A model generated the notes under the pieces. That model made no database searches, had not been told where the DNA came from, and saw only the letters and a list, made by a program, of their open reading frames with translations. A stretch of 64,000 nucleotides of DNA from Tetramitus jugosus (taxonomy: Eukaryota; Protista; Heterolobosea), in NCBI GenBank assembly GCA_937625935.1, contig OW569353.1:310001-374000 (forward strand), given 5' to 3'. Both the position numbers and the translations under genes were made by a program. Position 1 is the stretch's first letter. Each line of letters begins with the position of its first letter. Below are positions 53,875-64,000 of the stretch, piece by piece.

Positions 53875-56391
53875 ATGACCTATGTAACACGCAGAAGAAG
53901 GGTCAAAAAGGATCCCAATCAAACCACACCAACTTCCACACCCACCATTGAACAACATGAACAACCATCATTGTCACTGGATGATATCAAGAGTGAAGAA
54001 CAGGAAGATCAAATTGAGCACAGCATCATCAGCAACAACATTAACAACAATTATATTGACAATGATGATATCGACCTGACAACTGCTAGCACATCAACAA
54101 CAACAACAGCCTTTACTCCCTTCAACAACACTTGTAATCCTAATAATAGTAATAATTCTCATATTAACAGCAGCAACAGCAGCAGTGGTAGCAATAGTAT
54201 GAATCAGCAGATGGGTTTTCAATTGACCATCTCTACCACTGGTATGAGACCAACACCACCTACTACTGATCATCATCATCATCATCATCATATTCATGAC
54301 AACAATGACGAGGATGATACCATCACTGATATGCAATTGTTCAATACATTGTCTCCTACGACGTTGGGTCATCATCACAATAGAACAGTGAGCAACAACT
54401 CGAATCATACTACTAGTAATAGTCATAGTAATAATAATAATAATAGTATGCACATGGCTTTAACGAATCACGATGACCATCATCAAATGATGATGATGAC
54501 AGATGGAACAAGTACAACAACTATTCCATCCATTGCAACAACGAGTACTGCAGCTGCTCATCATCCAGCTGATTCGATATTTGAATTCTTGCCTGGTCAT
54601 CATGTCATGGACAACAAGGTGATGAACCATAATAGTCTCATTAGCAACAACAACAACAACCATCACATACAAGTGAATCCTAATCATTTACATAGTCATA
54701 ACAACAACAACAACAATCATCATCATCCTATACTGAGAAATTCAATAGATGATGACGATGGAATACTGGTGGATGTTGTATCAACGATTGACAATTGGCA
54801 TCATCACGATCCTGTTCACTCTTCATCTGCATCATTGATTATCGATTCTGATTTACCAGATGGAAATCATCACCATTCAACTACGGCGAACACCAATCCA
54901 CCACCACCACCATCCATCACTAGTACGAACGCAACTGGTAGCACTCAAGGAAGTCACCACCACCTCAACCACCACAACCACAACCATCATCATCATCATC
55001 ATCATTTTGTTGGCCTGAATCATGACATGATAATGGACAATGAAATCATGTACGATGATGAAAATGAGAGTGATTTGTTGTATTGGGACAAGATGGAGGA
55101 CACTGCACTACGAATGATGAATCGAGAGCATGGTCGAGGAGAGCAGGGAACAGATGATAAATCACAAATGGTCAATCATCATCATCAACCTCATCAACAG
55201 CAGACAAAGAATGAGGAAGACGATGAAGAAGATGACGAAAATGAAGATGAAGAGGACGATGAGATGGAGGATGAAGAAGAAGAGGAGAATGAAAAGGAAG
55301 TCAGTGTCAAGCCATCACTCTTTTTCAACTCCAACGATGGCGATATCAACGATGAGGAGTCATCAGTCAAGAGTGAACCTCAAATATTGCCTCCATTCTC
55401 ACTTGATTCAGGTGATCAATCCAGTGCTTCCATGTTCATGTCATCTGGCTCTTCATCATCGTCACTCACATCCTATGAAGAGGAACGGTTGAGGAAAATT
55501 CAAAGAAATAGAGAGCGATTGGCAGCATTAGGACTAGACAAGCAAAGAATCGGGGCAGTCAATAGAGGATCCCAATTTATGCTCGACGATGAATTCAAAA
55601 GCACTGGATTCAGAAATCGCACAAGCAGTATTCCTCAGGCACACTCAGCGCCTGCATCGCTCTCTCTCAAACGAAAGAAGGCTGAACAACAGAAAGCATC
55701 CGATCGAAAGCTAAGATCCTCTGAACGACTCAAAGAAAAGAGAAAGGTGTACACTGATGGCGCAGAGGAGGATGAGGATGGCCCCATGACTGTTGAGCGA
55801 TCATCCTCTTCAAGAAAGAAGAAGGGAAAGGCTTCGGCTACCAGTGTCAAGAGTGAAAAGATTGCAAGTAAGGTTGGCCGAAGAAGGAGAGGCTACAGCG
55901 AAATGGTCAAAAATTTGTTACAGTCTGGTGCGTTTGACGAAGAAGAGGCTGGTGAGAATGATGGGTCATCTCGACAATCTGATGATGAATTCACATTCCC
56001 TACACCAACAAAGAAAACTAGGAGAGAGAGTGCGCCAAGACCACCAAGCGCATCGAAGCCAAAGAAAGAGAAACCGCCAGGTATGGAGGAGCCTGCAGTT
56101 GTTCAGTGGCAAGGTAAAAAGTATGTCACGCGTCAAGGTCTATCCACATTGACCGGTGCTGACACGCGTAACACAACCCATCCAATCAAATTTGATAGAT
56201 ATAAGGCTGTGCGGAAGACACGTGAGGAGCCATTTGTGATTGTTGATGTGTCTCATATCGATGAGCTGCAACAGCATTATCCAGGAATCACCGTGTGGCA
56301 CTTTAAGCACAACGTTATGCGTCTGTACACTGTTGATTATGCGCGGTTCCTTACCGAGTACTATGGACATGGTGGCACATTGGACGTCTAA
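53875..56391 (+). CDS. Low-complexity nuclear protein with an 'SYEEERLRKIQRN' helix and a C-terminal putative DNA-binding domain
   Basis: LTSYEEERLRKIQRNRERLAALGL (a motif seen in CDCA7-like/chromatin proteins), NLS-like basic patches and a compact C-terminal domain of about 100 aa. Confidence 0.75.
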   Translation: MTYVTRRRRVKKDPNQTTPTSTPTIEQHEQPSLSLDDIKSEEQEDQIEHSIISNNINNNYIDNDDIDLTTASTSTTTTAFTPFNNTCNPNNSNNSHINSSNSSSGSNSMNQQMGFQLTISTTGMRPTPPTTDHHHHHHHIHDNNDEDDTITDMQLFNTLSPTTLGHHHNRTVSNNSNHTTSNSHSNNNNNSMHMALTNHDDHHQMMMMTDGTSTTTIPSIATTSTAAAHHPADSIFEFLPGHHVMDNKVMNHNSLISNNNNNHHIQVNPNHLHSHNNNNNNHHHPILRNSIDDDDGILVDVVSTIDNWHHHDPVHSSSASLIIDSDLPDGNHHHSTTANTNPPPPPSITSTNATGSTQGSHHHLNHHNHNHHHHHHHFVGLNHDMIMDNEIMYDDENESDLLYWDKMEDTALRMMNREHGRGEQGTDDKSQMVNHHHQPHQQQTKNEEDDEEDDENEDEEDDEMEDEEEEENEKEVSVKPSLFFNSNDGDINDEESSVKSEPQILPPFSLDSGDQSSASMFMSSGSSSSSLTSYEEERLRKIQRNRERLAALGLDKQRIGAVNRGSQFMLDDEFKSTGFRNRTSSIPQAHSAPASLSLKRKKAEQQKASDRKLRSSERLKEKRKVYTDGAEEDEDGPMTVERSSSSRKKKGKASATSVKSEKIASKVGRRRRGYSEMVKNLLQSGAFDEEEAGENDGSSRQSDDEFTFPTPTKKTRRESAPRPPSASKPKKEKPPGMEEPAVVQWQGKKYVTRQGLSTLTGADTRNTTHPIKFDRYKAVRKTREEPFVIVDVSHIDELQQHYPGITVWHFKHNVMRLYTVDYARFLTEYYGHGGTLDV

Positions 56392-56535
56392 TAAGACCAG
56401 ACACTAATGCCACAAACAACAACAAAAACAGCGGATGTGCAAACACTCACACCCAATAAAATGTATAAATTATTATTTCCTCTTTTGGCGCCAAATTTTA
56501 CTTTACGATCGGAATAATTACAGTCGCGACAAAAA

Positions 56536-57172
56536 ATGGTATGCTGAGATCCACATTCCTGTTCTGAGCTGAATTCACGAGAGCTCTAACTAATTCTTTG
56601 TTGTTTCAACTTTTTTAGCTCTCTTCCCTCACTTTTCAGCTCGTCCTTCTCAGTGGACTCGTATGGAATGCCTTCTTTATTGTTTCTTCCATCGCTTGCA
56701 TGATTTACAAGATTGTAATCCTAGTCTATGTACCCTACATATTTGCGATAGAAATCATTGTTCTCCTATTCTATCTATTTATTGCATTTATCTACTTCAC
56801 AATCAGTATGTCCATTGCTTCGCCCTACCTCCTCATTCATTTACATTGGTAACTGACATTCTCTTTGGACTACCACCAGATAAGAGGGGGAACTTTACAC
56901 AGAATCCATACTTGATTTTTGGGATGCAGATCTTCTCGTTGTGCTTACTCGGAGCGAACATTTATTACATTCGATTTCAGCACTATGTGTAAGTGTATAA
57001 TCTCTGATTTGATTTGGAACATGAATGGTAGTACCGTACCCTATTGACAACAGTATTATTTATTAGATTGATGTTTGAAGTCATCACCAACAGTATTTCC
57101 TTTGCTGTTATTGTTGTACAGACCTTTGTTGGTTTGATTACAGCAGCCCGATTTGCCCAGTACAGACTGTGA
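56536..57172 (+). CDS. TMEM216/TMEM17-family ciliary transition-zone membrane protein, 4 exons
   Basis: The coding part of exon 1 is only ATG. Introns at 56539-56618, 56806-56879 and 56989-57066 give M-LSSLTFQL...YK...Y...AIE...KRGNFTQ...FQHYVLMFE. Confidence 0.82.
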
Positions 57173-57375
57173 TAAAATAGAGTCTCGCATGATGGACAAT
57201 GACCAGCTCCTGTTCATCAGGAGAATGAATTGGACAATGATGGAGACATATCACCATCAATTGATGTCCCTACATTCACACAGGCAAAGAATTTGTTGAT
57301 CTATCAGATCATTATCTGAATGATTGCATTACAACGTGCTGGCAATACGCTGAGAGAAAAGACGACCAAGCCTTA

Positions 57376-57927
57376 TCAGAACGACATGGAATCTACCTTT
57401 GATGAAGAGGAGAGAGAAGAATGAGAAGAGTGGTTGGGTCTTCTCTTCTTTTGATCCATGTGCAATCTAACTTCCAACAATTTAAACTTGTTCCTCAGAT
57501 TGTCAATAGCAGTCATGAACTCTCCAGCATCACCATCCTCACCCTCATAAATCAAGTCGTCATCTTCATCCCATCCATCACTATCATCTTGTCGTTGTTG
57601 TTCTTGTTGTTCATCATGTTTTTGGTTGGATGAAGAGTTGATGGAATCGATGGGCAATTGATCAATCAATAGCAGAATCGAGTCAAACATTTTCACAATT
57701 CGATCATTGAATACATGTTCTGATTTTTCATGTGCACTCTTGAGCATGGTGACATATCCTCTGATTTGACCCACTTCTTCACCCATTTGTCTCCCTTTGG
57801 CCACACCGAAATGAAAGCCTTCATTGCGACCGGATGTGGCGCCATCCATGTTGCCTCTTGATTTGCCATGCTCATAGAACTGATTCTCCAGTTGAATAAT
57901 ATCATCAAGATCGAATTGTGCTGCCAT
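57376..57927 (-). CDS. LTO1: LTO1/ORAOV1 (Yae1_N domain; Fe-S adaptor for ABCE1)
   Basis: LENQFYEHG...G...G..EG...G..KG...GEEVG..RG glycine-repeat pattern, LRNKFK and a C-terminal F. Confidence 0.85.
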   Translation of the reverse strand: MAAQFDLDDIIQLENQFYEHGKSRGNMDGATSGRNEGFHFGVAKGRQMGEEVGQIRGYVTMLKSAHEKSEHVFNDRIVKMFDSILLLIDQLPIDSINSSSNQKHDEQQEQQRQDDSDGWDEDDDLIYEGEDGDAGEFMTAIDNLRNKFKLLEVRLHMDQKKRRPNHSSHSSLSSSSKVDSMSF

Positions 57928-58090
57928 ATTTGTCGTTGTTTGCTCCTTGTGTTTGTTTTTCCTCTCTCGGTGGTTGTTGAAGGTTCAACGAGTGTATTTC
58001 ACACTTCAAGAGAAACAAAATGTTGTTGTGCTTGGGGGTGACGGACCCAAATAAAAATAAAAAAACGAGTGTGTTGATCAACGGAGGAGA

Positions 58091-61000
58091 ATGTTTTTTC
58101 GAGAGGTCAATCTCATTGATTTCGCAGATGATTGTCATCAGAGTAACTTGTTGACTGTGCTACCCACATATACTGTCAACAGCAGCAGCCATCATCATCA
58201 TCATTATTCGCAGCAATCATCATCACCATTTCAACATCCACAACAACAACAACAATTACAATCACTCTCCAATTATTCAAGATTGCCACAATTACACAAT
58301 TACTCCATCAAGATTGATCATGGTCAAAACACTTATCACACACACAGTTTTTCATTCCAAGTCATTGGATCTACACTGAAAATCTATGAAATGGTATCAT
58401 CATCATCATTATATGATCATGGTGGACAAGGAAGTAATGCCACCCACAATGATCAATTTTTGCATTGCTACACTGTTGCTATTGATTTCAGAGATGATCA
58501 TGTGTTTGAGAACACCATTTGCTTCATTCATCATGAACAACAACAACGACATGAACAAGAATTTTATTGCAGTTTTTTGACCAAGAATGAACAATTGTAT
58601 CGATTGTCTCTTGTGATGAATATGACTGGTGGTTCACAGAGGAACAGTTTCCTTCAATCGTTGATTGACATGCCTCAGCACTCATTAAACTATTGGAATC
58701 TCGTTCTCACGAAACCTCAATTTTGCAATGTATGTACGATTGATGAGATGGACCGGGCTAAGACTGCTGCTGCTGCTGCGGCTATGACTTGTTATTGGTT
58801 TAACCATTGTTTGATCCATGTTTTTTTTCTGTATTTCATTGAAAAACAACCTCCTCACACCACATGTGTATCCTTCCAATTTTTTTTTGTGCTGCAATGC
58901 TACTGAATGAATAGACAATGAAATTCCTCATGGACAAGAATCAATTGGTCATTGGATGTACGAATGGATCCATGGTGCACTTGCACTTGCATCAACATCA
59001 AATCAAGGAACAAGAGTGGCGCATGGAATCACGCATTGGTCGATATTTTTCTCTCTTTTCATCAAATGTGAACAAACCGTCTTCGATTGTGGCATTGGAA
59101 GTGTTGAGAACATCATTGGATGGTGATATACTTGTGATTTGTCTGTGTTACGACGCAACTGTTCGAATATGGTCTGTTAAATCGCAGTCATGCACTCGTA
59201 TTCAGTGCTTGGTGGATCGCTATCGTGTTGAAGCAGAGGAACCAATATCATGTATGTTTGTATATACAACACGTGTTTCAATTCGTGTGTGTTTTTTAAA
59301 TGATGGTGTGATCACAATGTTAATCGCGAGTTTTGTGTGTTTGTGTGTGTGTACATTTTTCTGATCTCTCAAGTCATTGGTGGCAAGGCGCTCAAGTTGT
59401 ATGAGACTGGAGGTGAACAGTATCTATTGTTGCACTATTCAAGAGGTTCTGTTGCTAGATTTGAAACGGTTCAACTCAGAATCAGTGAAGCGGACAATGT
59501 TCAAATGCTCTTTGATGGGATCAAGTATGCTCCCAGTAGATTTGCCGATGAACAACTCGTTGATTTTTGTGTGAACAATGGAGATACTGTGATGGGACTG
59601 TGGGTATCAAAGTCATCCGGTACCTACTATGTTGCATTTGGTTCCATCAATGATAACGAGAGTGTTACTGATGAAGAGTTTGACAGTCACAGAACATCAT
59701 GGCGACATGTTTATACTCTCGTTGATGATTTTGAAAGAGTGTTTTCATCAGTGAAGATTACGAACAATGGAAAACGACAGATTAATGACATATTTTTAAA
59801 TGATCGAATGATTAATAAGGCGATCATTCAGCGAGTGCTCTTCCCAGGTAGTAAGAGCATTACCGTTTCGAGGGACGAGTTAAAACAAAGAATTCAACAT
59901 TTGAACACGAATCAATGGATTGAAATATTAGAAGGTATTCATAGACTGTGGATGGAGCACAATCTACCATTGGGCATTACTCAATTCAATGACAAAAAGT
60001 TTGGCTTAGTAAGCTTGAATGGAATGACCTGCCTGCGCGAATGTGATTCGATTGAAATGCTCTATGTTCAGGGTCAGTTGAAGACGAACTTTGACTCTCC
60101 TATCAACATGGTGATTGACAACATACTGTTTGTTTCTCACAATGTTGGTGCTGATAAATTGGATCAATTTGAGTCACTCCTAAACAACAATGAAAAGTCT
60201 TACAATGACTTTTTACAGTTTGCAAATTCTATTGCTGATGGTGTATCAAGCAACAATAGTGTTGTGCCTGTTGATCCAGAGTTTATGATCAAATTTGCAA
60301 AGCGAATAATGTGCATGAAAAATCCAAAACTTGTTTCTGAAATCATTGCACTTCTCAACATTACTGAAGCAATCACAGGTGCTCCACATTCATTGCAATC
60401 TGTTGATATTCAGAGCAGACTGGTAACGACTGTATGCTCTCAAATGCTTCGATTCCGTTTTGAGCTCTCCAGAGATTTGTTCCTCCTTCTCTCGCTCTTG
60501 ATCAAATGTCGATCAAACATTCTCTTAGACTGGGTATACCGAATTCAGTTCGATCTGGTTGATTGTCATCACATTTACGAAATTTTAAGGGCCTATCACA
60601 AAATCTATTGGCTATCGACTCAAAGTGTTCATTCCGGTTCAAGTCATAATCCTTCAATCACAGGTCATGTTACTTTTTTGGAATTATTCTATTCTAAACT
60701 TGTTCCAGCAGGAAACTCCCCTAGCAAGATAATCCAACACCTCTGGTTTTTGGGCTCTGACGCAGGAAAGATCAACGCATTGAAGATTGCCAAGATGTTG
60801 TTGGACCATCACAATGAAGTGTTACTCAAGGAATTCGCGTACAAATTACTCGCGTACGTTCCTCACCTTCACCATTATATTGCACTTTGTTATGAGCAGA
60901 AAGATTCGAGTGATGAGTTGGCTAGAGAGGCGAAGAAACACATTATTGAGGCTGGTGTTGCTATTGCCGATCCCACAAAGCAACTTATCTCAAAAGAAAT

Positions 61001-62297
61001 ATTTGCAACAATTGGTCTTCATCCAGTGGAACCAGAGAGCTTCTTATTCCATTATTACAAGTATGCTTGCCTAAGATTGAAAAATAATCCAAGAGTGGCG
61101 ATTGAGGTTGGAAGCATGGCTATACGGGAAGCAGAGTTTTTTGATGGAAGATCTCCTAAGGGCGTGTCACAAGAAGATGTCGCTGTTCTTCACAGTGTTA
61201 TATTTAACTATCACTTGACACTCGAGGAATACGATGAGGCGTACTCAATGCTTACTCTTCATCCTGATCCGAGTAGAAGAGTTTCAGATTTAACTCATTT
61301 TGTGATTGTTTTGTGTGATTCAAAGGTGAAGGGCAAGAGTCTACGAGATTATCCATTTACTGAATTGGTTCAAGATGTTGAACAATGTTTGTTGAATCTG
61401 GCAAGAGTGTCAGTAGTTTCCGATCCATTATATTACAAGACCTTGTATGCGTTCTATACATATCGCAAAAAGTTTGACTTGGCCGCTGCGTGTATGTATG
61501 AGCTCGCACAACGTATGACCGTCGATCCTGCAAAACATTTTAAGGAACAAGCGACGTGTTATGTCATGGCAATCAATTCACTTAAATGTTTGCCCACAGA
61601 AAATCATCAATTTATCAAGTATCCAATCCATTATCCAACAAGACGAGTTCAACATATCGATAACCAAACTGATAGGCTGACTGGCATGACGAGTGTTGTT
61701 ACTGTACAAGAATTGGAGAAACTTTATCTGCTTGCCAAGGCTAATGAGGAACCACAACATTTACTTACAATGACTACACTATCTTCTGAAGATATAGGCA
61801 GGATCAAAAGAAGAGAGTTTGGACTGGCGTTGGCAATAGCGGATCGATCTGATGATGCTAGTCATACCTATTGTACTTTTTTGTTGACTCGGTTGACTCG
61901 GCTGTGTATAGAAAGCGAAGGAGAAGTGTCCACAGACTATTGGCAGTTACTAGAACAACATCTATGTAGTCGTGATCACTTGCATGACGCATATGCTCAA
62001 ATTCTGTCTCTCATACTTGAACATAACGTGGAGATCCCCCATTGGTTAAGACAAAAAATGGAAGCTCAATGCCCTTCGGAACTTCTGCGGGTCTTCTGCC
62101 AATTTGACATGTACTCAGATGCCGTAACATTTGCAAAGAAATATCTTTCGAATCTGCCTTACAGAGCATCTAGCAACAATCAGGTCGTATTACCATTATC
62201 TCAACTTGATTGGTTGTTGCAACAGAATATTGCTCAACCAGACAGGGAAGAATTACAACGACTTATTCGATCTCAGATCCTTCTTAATAAAAACTAA
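58091..62297 (+). CDS. NUP160: Nucleoporin Nup160/Nup120, 3 exons
   Basis: N-terminal FREV, propeller segment LCYDATVRIWS and helical IFNYHL...YDEAY, L..YPF, YYKTLYAF...AAACMYE, CYVMAINSL. Introns at 58730-58914 and 59252-59373. Confidence 0.88.
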
Positions 62298-62318
62298 TGT
62301 TTACAAGAGAATAGAATC

Positions 62319-63951
62319 TTACATTTGTACTTTAGGTTCTTGCTTTTGCTCTATTTCTTGGGTAACCGAGGCGAAATCCATCTCGAGATAACCTTTCCAT
62401 GACTCAAACCAAATGAGAAACTTCAATACGACAATCAAGGTGGCTCTCTTGATGGTACGAACGATACGCCTTGTCAATAACTTAGCGTTCAATTGTTCTT
62501 TCTCCAGCTTTTTGAAACGATTTCGCAGGATGGTATGACAAACACTCTTTTTCTGTGTATCACTTCGTCCCTCAACCGACCATTCATGAGTCCCACTCAC
62601 AGAGTCTGATGAGGCATGCATTGACGTGAAATCATTTTCAATCCACAGAGCGATGTCATCATTTTGACCGTGATATATTGTAACATTAGCCTTTGTCGGC
62701 ATAGGTCCTACGTCAGTCATATATTCCTCAACTAACTCCGAGACAGTTGTTTTGCTCCTTGCTCGGTTGACAAGTGCTTCAGACAACTTAGATTTAGTTG
62801 CATTCAAAGATGAGCTTTCAGATTCATACTTTAGCAACAAATAATTTCTATACACTCTCATTTCTAGCCACTCTCTCCAAACTCGTATCAAATAGTGGTA
62901 GGATATCCAAACTACAGTTGCTATGGTTGTTCCGTAAAAAACATCAACCGTATAGTGGAAGTGAGTTGCTATTAAAACGAATAATCCACCCAGAACAACT
63001 GGAATGATTGATAAACGGATCAACACAAAGCGATGATCCGTATAGGTGAACCATGACAGACCCATTAGTGCCATTGCTACACTGTGACCCGAGAACAAAC
63101 AATCACTGCACTGAAATGCAAAAGAAGTAAGTAACAAAGAACTACACCGCTATTGTACACAAACAACAAAACAATACACCTACCGTTCTCTCAAATCCTA
63201 GAATGATCATAAATGCAGAGGAAAAAGGATTGGAAAATTCTTTTGCTTGACACTGACTCCATGGATTGGGTAACAACGTAATCGATATGCTGATAGACCG
63301 TAAAACAAATATAAATCCATGACAAAACAACATTCTTCTAGCAATGGTCAATGTGCCTCCCACTCCCCTGGAAATAATGGTTTTCATGATTACAAATCCA
63401 ATCACTGCAAACAAGTAATAATCAGCCAACAGGGGAACCGTAATATAGGGCAAAATGGAGAAACCTAGGTCAATCAATGGGCTATCATTCTGCAATCCTT
63501 TCCTAATTACTTCATTCTGTACCAGTATTTGAACTACAGAATTCCAATACACACATGTCAACATCCAAATCGCTGCAAAGAAGAACTGAAATCCTTCTTG
63601 ACGAATAGGAAAGTAGAAAAAGGATCGAACAAAGGAGGGAATGCTGTTATGCTTCCTGTTGTAGCTTAGATCGAATGGAGCAATATGTATTCCACTGAGC
63701 GCATTAGGAGTGTCTAAATGTGGTGAATCTTCAATTCTTATGGATGTCTCTCCTGAACCGACAGAACCAACAGGTGCATTGTCAATCTGTATCATCAAAC
63801 TTCTTCTATAATGAGAATGAGGATTGTTAGCAGTTGTCAGAGAGGGAAGGTTTGGATGTGTGCTCATTGCAACAACAGGAGTGGGAGATGATGAGTGAGC
63901 CAGAGGGTGCTTCAAGCTCTGCTCCCTGCTCCAGCCTGGAGATGGAATCAT
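62319..63951 (-). CDS. Sphingomyelin/inositolphosphorylceramide synthase-like protein (PAP2_C), 2 exons, may extend past the window
   Basis: PLIDLGF, LRSISISITLLPNP, TCSDCLFSGHS and HFHYTVDV. Intron at 63111-63183; the frame is open upstream of 63951 to the window end. Confidence 0.88.
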
Positions 63952-64000
63952 GGTTGCAGTAGCGGCAGTATTGCGGGGAGACCTCTCTTGAATTGTATTC

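Noticed and set aside
1-64000. Functional gene cluster, viral insertion or intact transposon
   Set aside because: Neighbouring genes are functionally unrelated housekeeping genes, and I recognised no transposase, reverse transcriptase, integrase, capsid or terminal repeats.

Overview
This is a gene-dense window from a eukaryotic (protist) nuclear genome. It uses the standard genetic code and has short GT-AG spliceosomal introns (GTATGT/GTAAGT donors, often CTAAC/CTGAC branch points). I read about 28 protein genes and one tRNA-Arg(CCG). In order they are: a 5'-truncated BEACH-WD40 protein, HIRA, a multi-pass membrane protein, PGAP1, an orphan coiled-coil protein, an ependymin-related protein, NFX1, a double beta-trefoil/DUF4476-like protein, NSUN6, an ARM-like protein, RPL13, seipin, WAPL, a bacterial-type FAD monooxygenase, a giant low-complexity protein with degenerate GTPase-like motifs, NOP56, an orphan, HSP101/ClpB, tRNA-Arg, a GIDE-domain protein, a divergent ORC5, SRP9, a pseudo-hydrolase, a RhoGEF, a putative DNA-binding protein, a TMEM216-like protein, LTO1, NUP160 and a sphingomyelin/IPC-synthase-like protein. 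The gene style suggests a free-living flagellate or amoeboflagellate, possibly heterolobosean; that taxonomy is inference only. I found no operon-like novel system, CRISPR array or intact transposon. The best leads are: (1) both HSP101 introns split the same Gly codon of the two Walker A motifs; (2) a nuclear protein ends in an ORF6N/Bro-N/KilA-N-like domain; (3) a TGAACGTTCA palindrome lies about 130-145 nt upstream of both RPL13 and NOP56; (4) a U4-snRNA-like segment and an AT-rich orphan block lie upstream of the tRNA; (5) several apparent pseudo-enzymes; (6) a roughly 35 kb block of homopolymer-rich genes with fairly sharp edges. All family calls come from motif recognition by eye, not database searches.
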